Shown here: positions 24,675 to 34,800 of the stretch, one piece after another
How the letters are laid out: every line of letters starts with the position of its first letter
Numbering within the stretch: position 1 is the stretch's first letter
Assembly: GCF_963506605.1 (NCBI RefSeq)
Contig: NC_083292.1
Span: 40,920,001 to 40,984,000 of the forward strand
Direction: 5' to 3'
DNA: 64,000 nt
Source: Zootoca vivipara
Lineage: Eukaryota
The notes under the pieces: model-generated
Database searches by the model: none
What the model was told of the DNA's origin: nothing
Seen by the model: the letters and a program-made list of their open reading frames with translations, nothing else
Program-made: the position numbers and the translations under genes

Positions 24675-26128
24675 ATAACAGAGTCCCATTGACTGCAAGA
24701 AGATCAAACCTATCCATTCTGAAGGAAATCAGCCCTGAGTGCTCACTGGAAGGACAGATCCTGAAGCTGAGGCTCCAATACTTTGGCCACCTCATGAGAA
24801 GAGAAGACTCCCTGGAAAAGACCCTGATGTTGGGAAAGATGGAGGGCACTAGGAGAAGGGGACGACAGAGGACGAGATGGTTGGACAGTGTTCTTGAAGC
24901 TACGAACATGAGTTTGACCAAACTGCAGGAGGCAGTGGAAGACAGGAGTGCCTGGTGTGCTCTGGTCCATGGGGTCACGAAGAGTCGGACACGACTAAAC
25001 GACTAAAGAACAACAACAACTACAACAACAAACATTTTGTCTTCTATTCACCTATTTTAGTTCATTTTGCTCTGCTGAGCTTTGACTTCCCTCCATCCCA
25101 TCATTCAGATTTCTTTCCCACTCCTATTTCACAGTTTCTTTTAGTCCTACTATTTAAAACCAATTCGTAATACTGCCCCATATACAGGGCTACCATGTAT
25201 AAGAAGCTTTTTTTTCTTTTTTACAGACATGGATGACTGCATTCAATGTCAAGAAGATCAATATCCAAATCGTGGCCAGGATTTATGCATTCCGAAATAT
25301 TTAAGTTTCTTGTCTTATGACGAACCTTTGGGGACCTGTTTGGCCATTTTTGCTCTTTCCTTCTCTTTCCTCACAGCTCTGGTGCTTGGAGTCTTCATTA
25401 AGCACCAGGACACTCCCATCGTCAAAGCCAACAACCGGAGCCTCACCTACAGTCTCCTCATCTCCCTCCTGCTCTGCTTCCTTTGTGTATTCCTATTCAT
25501 TGGTCAGCCTGAGAAGAGATCGTGCCTCTTTCGGCAACCTGCGTTTGGCATTATCTTCTCAATGGCAGTTTCTTGGGTGTTGGCCAAAACCATCACTGTG
25601 ATCATGGCTTTCACGGCCACCAAGCCTGGGTCCAGGATGAGGAAGTGGATAGGGAACAGACTGGCCTTTTCCATTGTTCTCTTGTGCTCCCTTATTCAAA
25701 CCACTCTTTGCGCTGTGTGGCTGGCAACCTCTCCCCCATTCTTGTATTTTGACATGCACTCAATGACTGAAGAAATTGTTCTGGAATGTAATGACGGTTC
25801 AGTTATTATGTTTTACTGTGTCTTGGGCTTTATGGGCTTCCTAGCCATTGTCAGCTTCACGGTGGCTTTCCTAGCCAGGAAATTACCTGACAGTTTTAAT
25901 GAAGCCAAGTTTATCACCTTCAGCATGCTTCTGTTTTGCAGTGTTTGGCTGTCCTTTGTTCCCACCTACCAGAGTACCAAGGGAAAATACATGGTTGCCG
26001 TGGAGATCTTCTCCATCTTAGCTTCCAGTGCGGGGTTACTGATTTGTATCTTTTTACCAAAATGCTATATCATTGTGGTTAGGCCTGAGTTGAACACTAG
26101 GGGACAGCTAATAAGGATAAATGATTAA
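17359..26128 (+). CDS. V2R: V2R gene C, complete six-exon vomeronasal type-2 receptor (~869 aa)
   Basis: Join of 17359-17576, 18043-18334, 20633-21475, 22438-22665, 24064-24190, 25227-26128 = 2610 nt, open frame, all GT-AG. Confidence 0.96.
18043..18334 (+). CDS. V2R: V2R gene C exon 2
   Basis: 292 nt, ends KIPQ|GTAAGT. Confidence 0.95.
19524..20175 (-). mobile_element. Unclassified GC-rich LTR/DIRS-like repeat in intron 2 of gene C
   Basis: CpG-rich block in an AT-rich intron; AATAAAGTTGTGGCC on the - strand; no TSD confirmed. Confidence 0.4.
20633..21475 (+). CDS. V2R: V2R gene C exon 3
   Basis: 843 nt; LSYGSA..PWE|GTAAT. Confidence 0.95.
22438..22665 (+). CDS. V2R: V2R gene C exon 4
   Basis: 228 nt; [26 protein letters not shown]. 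Confidence 0.95.
23295..23421 (-). mobile_element. Bov-B 3' end fragment
   Basis: Reverse complement of the Bov-B 3' terminus with (CAA)n tail. Confidence 0.88.
24064..24190 (+). CDS. V2R: V2R gene C exon 5
   Basis: 127 nt; [28 protein letters not shown]. Confidence 0.94.
24678..25030 (+). mobile_element. Bov-B 3' fragment in intron 5 of gene C
   Basis: [28 protein letters not shown], near-identical to 9650-9976. Confidence 0.92.
25227..26128 (+). CDS. V2R: V2R gene C exon 6 (7TM)
   Basis: 902 nt; ORF 25229-26128. Confidence 0.96.
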
Positions 26129-27253
26129 AATTCTTAATTCCTATTTTCCAACTATAGCTACAATTAGCTGCCATTCTGTTCCATTTTAAGGAACAGAATA
26201 TTTCATTGTCATCATCATTACAGGCATGAACAATTTCTTGCACTGGGAGTCTGGGAAGTCTGGGAAGTATTCAATCACTGATAATTATAGGTGCATGAGG
26301 AGCTGTGTTTTTCAGGTTTTATATTTATTCCCATAATTAGAATGAATGCAAGCCTGATTAGGTATTATGCTTCATCATTAAATTTGAGCTCATTTAGGGG
26401 CTATGTGGCCACAGCTGCCAGCTCAAAATACCCAAGTTTGTTTGTTTTTCCATGTTGAATGGGGAATGAGTGAATGGAGATTCTACAATTGATTCTAAAT
26501 TTGTTTTAGGTGTTCTATTGTTTTTTATTTCCTAAAAACTGTGTTTTATTTTAGTTTGAAGTATATATATTTTTCTCTTACATGTTTTTTGCAACCTTGT
26601 CTCTTTGGATATATAAAATAAAGAAATCTGCATGCATTTGTTTGTAGCTTCCTCTTTGTGATTTGGAACTTAATCATTCGATATCAGTTACAATATCATG
26701 GGAAGATAGCCCCCTTCAGCATTGCAAGAGAGGGTATTCCCAGTGTATTGTCATAGATCTACCGAAGCAGTCCAGAGGACGGACAAATATGGGATCCTCC
26801 TCCTCTGAGAAGAACACTCATGATCCATGCATATTCCAGCAGGAATGAAGAAGCCAAAAAGTAGTACTAAAGCTACTTTATTGTAAGGCTAATTACACAG
26901 TCCATTCTCTGTTTCTCTGCTCACCAAACTCCAACAGAACAAAGCTAGGCATATTGCTTCTTACTCCATTGAGAAGCAGAAACGAAAAAGTACAGAAACA
27001 GAACATCACATGGTCAGGAAGAGATAACATCTCTCCTCTCTCACGCTGTAACTCAGACTCACTGTGTGAAAACCAACAGACATATGTGCTGCTGCTGGAG
27101 CAGCAGAGGATATATAAAAATCCTAAAATGGGCTACCAAAGTGTGAATGGTAGAAGTTATTAAACAGTAGTATATAGATAATATTTGGGATATGAAAGGA
27201 AAACACAAGTTGCAGAAATGTGCTAGGTAAGAAAGCCCTGAGTTAGCTTATGG

Positions 27254-27449
27254 CAGGCATGTCCAACAGGTAGATCACTAGGTGTCTGTGGTAGATCACT
27301 GGCTCCCCCCAAAGAAGCTCAACAACTTTGGCTCCCCTAAGAAAAGCTCAGCAACTTTGACCTGAACCCCCCCCCCCAAATGGGGTAGATCACTGCCAGT
27401 TTTCAACTCTATGAGTAGATCACAGTCTCTTGGGAGGTGGCCACCCCTG
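27254..27449. mobile_element. hAT-type MITE
   Basis: CAGG..CCTG termini; 8-bp TSD GCTTATGG; repeated GTAGATCAC motifs. Confidence 0.8.
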
Positions 27450-28694
27450 GCTTATGGAAACCATCCTTGCTGGGCTAGTGAAGAGCACTGGGGTAGTAAG
27501 AGCAATTGACAATGCAAAAAGCTATCCTCCCCCCCCCCCCCCCGCTCCAAAGACTGGACAGAGTCAGGAGATTTGAGAGCCTGTCGAGGTGACGGAGTGT
27601 GTGCGTTAGTGGCGGAGCATGCCTCCACACCACCTGGTGTGTGTGTGCGCACGCCTGTGCCGGGGGCAGGACAAATGGAGCCCACTGCACCCACCAACCC
27701 CCCACTTCTGCTGGAGTGACACCAGCCCTGAACGGCATGCCTATTGCACCCTCCTTGCACCACTGTCTCCGGATCTGAGCCTTGCAAGGCTGAGATAGAA
27801 GGGCACAAAGTTTCCATGCGCCCCCCCCCACTGCCCTCCCCGAGTGGCCTTGCAAGGCTTGGATTTGGGGAGGGTGGTGCGAGACGGGTGCAACAGCCAC
27901 ATGCCCCTTGCCACCTAAGGCGAGGCTGGGATAGAAGGACACACACCTCCTGCACCCTCCCACATCGCCACTCCCCTTCCAGCAGCCTTGCAAGGTTGGG
28001 ATTCGGGGAGGTCCTTTCTCCTCTGGTCACTGCTATGAGGTGAATGCCTGGATGATGGGCTATTAAGAGAACAAAGGATTCTGGGGCTTGGTGTGATATG
28101 GGAAATGGGTGGGGCCCCTCCCTCAATGAAGAAAAGACAGAATTGAGGTTTTGGGACTATGATGAAAGCAGAAAGCTGGAGAAAGAGTCAGTGTGTGGTG
28201 TTTGATTTCTGTTTGAATCCAAGGCTGTGGATATGGTAGAAGAAGACCAGTTTGGGGTGTTGGTGCTGTGAACCCCTTGTCAGGGAATGGCAGGACTCTG
28301 AAGAGTGGGGGGGGGAGAAGAGGACCACGAGAGTCACCCAGGAACCAGTGATTGATGAGGTTTGGCGCTGCCTGCAAAGGAGGAGCCTAGGAGGGTGGGG
28401 AAAGTCAGGGCAGCCCAAGATGGAGGAAGGCATGGCGGAAGTGGTGGAAGAAGAAGAGGGTGTTCAGCCAAAAGATGGGCCAGCAGACTCCCTACCTCCC
28501 CCCCCCCCCCTGCTATCTTCTAGAACCAGGAAGGGCTTGAAGGAGGAAGAGCAGTAGTGACTTCCATGCAGGAGAAGTCTCAGGTATCGGGTGCACAACC
28601 CATCAAGGGAGGGTATATCAGCTGCAGAAAGTAGGGTCTCCCTCTTGCTGGAACTGCTCCACAGGGCCTAGACCTGTGGACAGCTGCCTAGAGG

Positions 28695-28697
<3 letters not shown>

Positions 28698-28736
<39 letters not shown>
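28698..28736. repeat. (GT)n microsatellite
   Basis: Direct reading. Confidence 0.95.
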
Positions 28737-28738
<2 letters not shown>

Positions 28739-28873
28739 GGAGCACTGTGCAAACTGCTGAAAGTGTTTTCCTTGTTATTAAGCGTTAACTATTGGGTTTC
28801 TTGTCAATTAAGAGTTAACTTAATTTGGCAGGGGAGGGCCAGGACAGCCCTGCATTGTAAGCTCAGGTTGTAT

Positions 28874-28963
28874 CATAGCTGCCAAGTTTTCCCTTTTCTC
28901 GTGAGGAAGCCTATTCAGCATAATGGAAAATCCCTTTAAAAAAGGGATAACTTGGCAGCTATG
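28874..28963 (-). mobile_element. 90-bp hAT MITE (copy 1)
   Basis: 15-bp TIR CATAGCTGCCAAGTT; 8-bp TSD GGTTGTAT. Confidence 0.9.
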
Positions 28964-29293
28964 GGTTGTATATATGTGTAAATAAACATATCATTTTAAA
29001 TAAACCTAATAAATAAATAAACCTTATAACATGATGATGGATGTACTTTTTAAATTGAGTCATTGTACTGTTTTGGAATTCCTTGTGTTGAAAAATGGGC
29101 TATTTTTTAAAACAGCAGCACTAATGGATTCACTGTGATTTGCTCAGATACATTCAGTTTCCAAATGCTAAATATTTACTGCTCAGTTTCCAGTAAGAGC
29201 TCATCTTTTAACATGTCTTTTCACAAGCTCGGTGCAGAATTCTAGGGGGGGGGGGGGCGGGAGACACAGGACTTGCCTTCTAGAGCTTTAAAC

Positions 29294-29604
29294 CAGGGGT
29301 CAGCAACCTTTTTCAGCTGTGGGCCGCTCCACCATCCCTCAGACCATGTGGGGGGCCGGACTATATTTTGGGGAAAAATATGAACAAATTCCTATGCCCC
29401 ACAAATAACCCAGAGATGCATTTTAAATAGAAGCACACATTCTACTCATGTAAAAACACTGGGCAGGTCCCACAAATAACCCAGAGATGCATGTTAAATA
29501 AAAGGACACATTCTACTCATGTAAAAACACGCTGATTCCTGGACTGTTCACGGGCCGGATTCAAAAGACGATTGGGCCCATGGGCCTTAGGTTGCCTACC
29601 CCTG
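29294..29604. mobile_element. hAT-type MITE with an internal ~70-bp tandem duplication
   Basis: CAGGGGTCAGCAACCT..AGGTTGCCTACCCCTG; 8-bp TSD CTTTAAAC. Confidence 0.85.
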
Positions 29605-30748
29605 CTTTAAACCATTGAGAGATATCAAGAATGGTGGAGTTTTCTCCCAAATGTCCCAATTGGTTCCTTCTTTGGCTATAATTTACTGCAATGACAAGGG
29701 AGGACTGGCCAGCTTCCGCAGTTCACATAGGCAGCATCTATAAGGCGCAGCCACTCATGTATTCCCAGAATCCCCAGCATGAAATGGAATCAGCCATGTT
29801 CAGAATAATTCATTTGTCACCATTCTTTAAGGATGAGGGCACTACAGCTGCAGAAGACTTCCACAACAAAATAAATTACATTCCTCCTGTTTCAGAAGCT
29901 AGTTTGCTATGCAGATTGACCAAAAGGATATCAGCAAGGAGGGATATGTTAAATATGAAGAGCAATGGGCAGAGCATTATCTTCCAGGTTCAGGCTGGGG
30001 CTCATCTTGTAACAGCATATTATTGTTATCTGAATTGGTTGTGAAACACCACATTCTGAATTGCAGGACTATCTCAAACAATCTTGATCCATCAGATACA
30101 GCAACCAGGAATGGAATATAACTAATTTCTCGCTACATGCAGCTCAATACAATGGGGTTAAATTACAGGCACATTTAATATCTCTAGAAAGTAATGTCAG
30201 TTCTTTAATTATTTATCCTGATTAGCTGCCCCCTACTTAATTCTGGTATAGCAAAATCATATTGTTTCCAGAGAGAATTCTTTATGCACCACAGCCAATT
30301 CTAGTTGTGGAATGTCTGGCAACACTACGCTTGCGTTTCATTTATGACGAAGATGTTGGAATATGCATTGACTGTCTCAAAGCACGGTCCATTGTCTTAT
30401 TTATTTAGATCAAATTGAGATGTGAAACACAATTATCTGCCCTTGATACCACCTTGCCAATGTTCCTTGCTTCAAGTTAGCTACTTTGTCAGCACATTCA
30501 TGTCTTGTACAATTTATTTTTATGTGCTATCCCCACATCTCCCCATAACCCACCTCCTTGTGGCTGGGGTGTCCTGGTGCCCCAGACAGGCCACTGTAGT
30601 GCATCTGTGTGAGAGGAGGGGGCTCCAAATCTGGTCTCCAAGGAGCCTGTCATTGGTCCTAGCTTCATATACTGCCCTTCCAATTGTAATGATCACCAGC
30701 CATCACTACCGGTAATTCCTGTGAAATTTGGGACTTGGTTAGCTAAAG

Positions 30749-30878
30749 NNNNNNNNNNNNNNNNNNNNNNNNNNNNNNNNNNNNNNNNNNNNNNNNNNNN
30801 NNNNNNNNNNNNNNNNNNNNNNNNNNNNNNNNNNNNNNNNNNNNNNNNNNNNNNNNNNNNNNNNNNNNNNNNNNNNNN
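30749..30878. other. Assembly gap (130 N)
   Basis: Run of N. Confidence 1.
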
Positions 30879-30997
30879 CAGCGAGAAAATCATGTTGACT
30901 ATGGACTATGGAATTGTACTGCCTTTACATTTTTCATAGCTTTGGAAATCATTGTGGTTGGATTTCCTTTTTAATGTCTTAGTAAAGTACTAATTCA

Positions 30998-31336
30998 GGG
31001 GACGCGGGTGGTGCTTGATGATCAGAAGGTCGGCGGTTCGAATCCCCACAACAGGGTGAGCTCCCGTTGCTCGGTCCCAGCTCCTGCCAACCTAGCAGTT
31101 TGAAAGCACGTCAAAGTGCAAGTAGATAAATAGGTACCGCTCCGGAGGGAAGGTAAAAGGCATTTCCATGCACTGCTCTGGTTTTGCCAAAAGCGGCTTA
31201 GTCATGCTGGCCACATGACCTGGAAAAACTGTCTGCAGAGAAATGTCAGCTCCCTTGGCCAGTAAACCGAGATGAGTGCAGCAACCCCAGAGTCGGCCGC
31301 AACTGGACTTAATGGTCAGGGATCCCTTTACCTTTT
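30998..31336 (+). mobile_element. Sauria SINE
   Basis: GGGACGCGGGTGG..GGTTCGAATCCC (B box)..CCCTTTACCTTT tail. Confidence 0.9.
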
Positions 31337-31632
31337 AAAAGTACCAGTTTACTGATTTTTTAGGCTTTTATGGATATCAAGGAACTGATTATCTCACCAA
31401 CTTATACACTTTTTAACACGAACTCTCCCTCCCATTGTGCTGGTTTAAGCACCATGTTATTTTCAATAGGTCCTCTATTACAAAGTCCATAGCTGTTTTG
31501 GGAGACTATGGCCTCAGATCTCACCTGCAATATCTATTTTAACCCTGACAGGCAGCTGTTTCAGGGTTTGAACCAGAAACCAATCTTTCAACACTGAATA
31601 AATAACTGGAGACAACCTGCAGTAGACCTTAC

Positions 31633-31860
31633 TTGGTTGAACCTGCGGGGCCACACAACTGTGTTGTCGTGAATGTTGAACCTCTTGTCTGGGGAAGCCT
31701 GGGGGTCTATTTTCCCAACTTTGACTCTAAGGAAGGAGTCATTGGGGAATATGACCCAGTTGATAATATCAAATCCAGATACCAGTTCCCCATTTTGATC
31801 AAAGGAAACTTCTTCTTTAACACTATTGTTAAACGAGACACTTCTCAGAAAGTGGTGAAG
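31633..31860 (-). CDS. V2R: V2R gene D exon 4
   Basis: 228 nt; [26 protein letters not shown]. Confidence 0.94.
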
Positions 31861-34800
31861 CTAAATCAGTGCAGAGAGAAAAGCAATAAATAAGGATGTA
31901 CAAAACGGTGAAATATTACAAGTGAGTGATAATCTTTCACACTTTGGTACATGACCTGTTAAAAAGCTGTATATGGATTTATTATTTGCCTTGTTGAACG
32001 AGGTTGTTCTTAGAAACAGGTTGAACCAAATGGGGGAGAATAAAGTATTAAAAACAATGTACATACAGATACAAATAAACAACAGGTGATAGTGCACCAC
32101 ATTCAGAAATGTGAATTCTTTGTGAAGGATTATTTCTATTGTAGCAGTAGTCTTCCTAGTGGTATTTAGTTACTTGTAACCATTAAAGCTGAGGTAAAAA
32201 AAAATCCTGAACATGGTTTCCCTCACCCTCAGAAAATCTTTGATATTTTCTTCACCAGAAAAAAAGATAACTTTTCAGTGTTTTCTATTAACATCTTCCC
32301 CCTTGTGGCTGTTCACAATACAGTGGTACCTCGACTTACGAACGACTCGACAACCGAATTTTTCGACTTACGCATGGGGGTAATGGCTGCGCGCTTATGA
32401 ATGTCTCGACATCCGGGAAAAAAAGTGGCGGTTTTAGATAGGGATTTTTCGACTTACGAATTTTTAGATAGGGTTGCTTCGATTTACAAATTTTTCCGTT
32501 TTCAATGCATTCCTATGGGAAATCGTGTTTCCAATGGCATTTTTTGACTTACAAATTTTTCGACTTACGAAGGTGCCTTCAGAACGGATTAAATTCGTAA
32601 GTCGAGGCACCACTGTAATTAGTAGCATTGGTGCTGGAGTCTGTAACCCAGGTACACTCTAGAACAGGGGAGGGGATATTTTAAAGTCCCTTCACAGTCA
32701 ACTTTATGGGAGGCCATATGGGAGGCCATATGGGAGGGGCTGGAGGGAAAAATAGTTGAGAATAGAGACCAAAGCGGACAAGTCAATCGCTGTGCTTCTC
32801 ACCTTTGTACAGTAGGCAACTTTTCAGCTAAACAGAAATCAAAGTTTTCTACACAAGCATCTCTCCAAACACCACCAAGGCAAGTAAATGGCCTCGTCAC
32901 AGTTCAAGGACACATTCTAGCCATGCAAAAATACTCAGGGAGGAGGTGGTTCAGGGCCAGTGAGCTTGGGGGATCCATTGAAGAAAACCCCATAATGGAG
33001 CTTTCTTCCTTTCTTCCTTTTTTTCTTTTTTCTTTTAAAAAGGAACCGTTTCTAACATTTGTAGAAGGTGGGGTATGAGCCTAAGGGTACAGCTGTTATT
33101 CTTCTCATTTTGTGTGTGAGAGAGAGATACAAGCCTGGTGAACTTTTAATGGTTTCTTGAAGGGTTTCTTCAAGGATCCCCATGAAAGTATATGGTTTGG
33201 GAAGAAGATTGGTGTCCTGAGGGTGGCGTGTAGCCTAGGATCAGTCCCGGGGTCTGGAGGACTGTATTTGGCCCCTGGGCCTGAGGTACCACACCCCTTC
33301 TCTACCACCCTTTCCCTGGAGCAATGGAGATGCCAGGAGTGCCTGAATTATGGGCCTCTGCTTTTATGGGCAGCATTCCTGGCTACACTACAATGTCTCT
33401 TAAAGGGGGGAAAATAAGGATCCCTGCTTCATATGCTGGAAGGGAAGGGAACTGCTGAGGATTCTGAAAGGGGGAAGTGGATACGGCATGCCAGAGCAAG
33501 AATGCCCTAGCAAGGAGAAGGGAGGAATGCAGCAAAAGAAAGAGAAGTGTGAGGGGAGTAGCCAAGTTGACGTTAGGGCACCTTGGGAAGCACTTTTGCC
33601 TCAAACCTGGAAGGGCTCTTCTTCACATCTCCTCTTCATATTATTGAACTTTGCTACTGGCCCTTGTGCAGAATGCTCAGGGTTTCTTCACTTTCCTGGA
33701 ATAATCCCAGGAAATCTGGAGTGCTATGGCAGCATGGTATGAAGTACTTCTCTAAAATGAGCATCACTAAAAACAGACAAGCCCACTAGAGTCTTGGTAA
33801 CATTTCATCAATTCCCCTCCCCTCTCATTTTCTCCCTCAAAATCATCGAAAGGGAACAGGCTTTTCCCCACTGTGTTCAAGAAATGTGCTTCTTCCTTGG
33901 GCTCAGCCCTAGGGTTGTACGAAGCACATGACAGCCCATCAACCTATTTATGCACCTGCAGTTATTATACACTTTCTGCATTAGTCTGATTAGTCCCTCA
34001 CATGCCACATAGGTTCACCCAGAACCTCCCATCTCAAGACGCTCTTCATCACTTTACGTTTGAGTTTTGTTGCATGCATGGCTTGCAAAGCATGCGCCAC
34101 ACCATTCAGACCACTGGAATACAACATTACCTGCCACGGCTGTTGATCTATAAGTTCCCACCTTATTCCACCAGTTATTGCTCTGAATTTTAATTTGGTG
34201 GAATGCATGGCATGCAATGCATGTGCCAAAATATAGATGGCATTGAAGATACTGTAGCTGTGGGATGTCATGCTCATTTCAAAAACAGTGTCAGGAAGGC
34301 TCTCAAGCTGTTCCGGCCCGGTGCAGAATTCCCCGTCTTTCTTGTCTGAAGAAGGATGGGGCAAATAGCAATTAAATGCTACTTCCCAGAAGTCCTTGAT
34401 GAACCCGTCTTCTTTTTCAGAGATAGGGTTTCTCATCTGAATAAATTTCTGGAACCCTGGAATATCCCTTGAGTGAACAGCAAAGGATAGAGCATCGTGC
34501 AGGAAACTTACATCCCAACTTTGTTGGAAGGGAAAGGATATGAAATCCATCTGGGCTGTCATAATCCAAACTTTTGCCCTGGCTTGCACGGGTACCCCTT
34601 CGATTTCTGCAATATTGGGCAACACTCTTAGTGCCATAATGGAATGAATTTCACCATTCACAATGACAACATTGGCTGTACTTCCCACAATAATATGGCA
34701 TAGTTCAGAAGATTCCTCTACTGTTTCGATGAACTCACCAGAAAAGGTGACTTTGGGGAATCTTTCTATAAAATCAAAGCAGATGCCTCTCTCAGCAAAC

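Noticed and set aside
27452-28557. GC-rich ORFs and repeated GCCTTGCAAGG palindromes
   Set aside because: Low-complexity translations with no exon structure; probably decayed transposon or LTR sequence.
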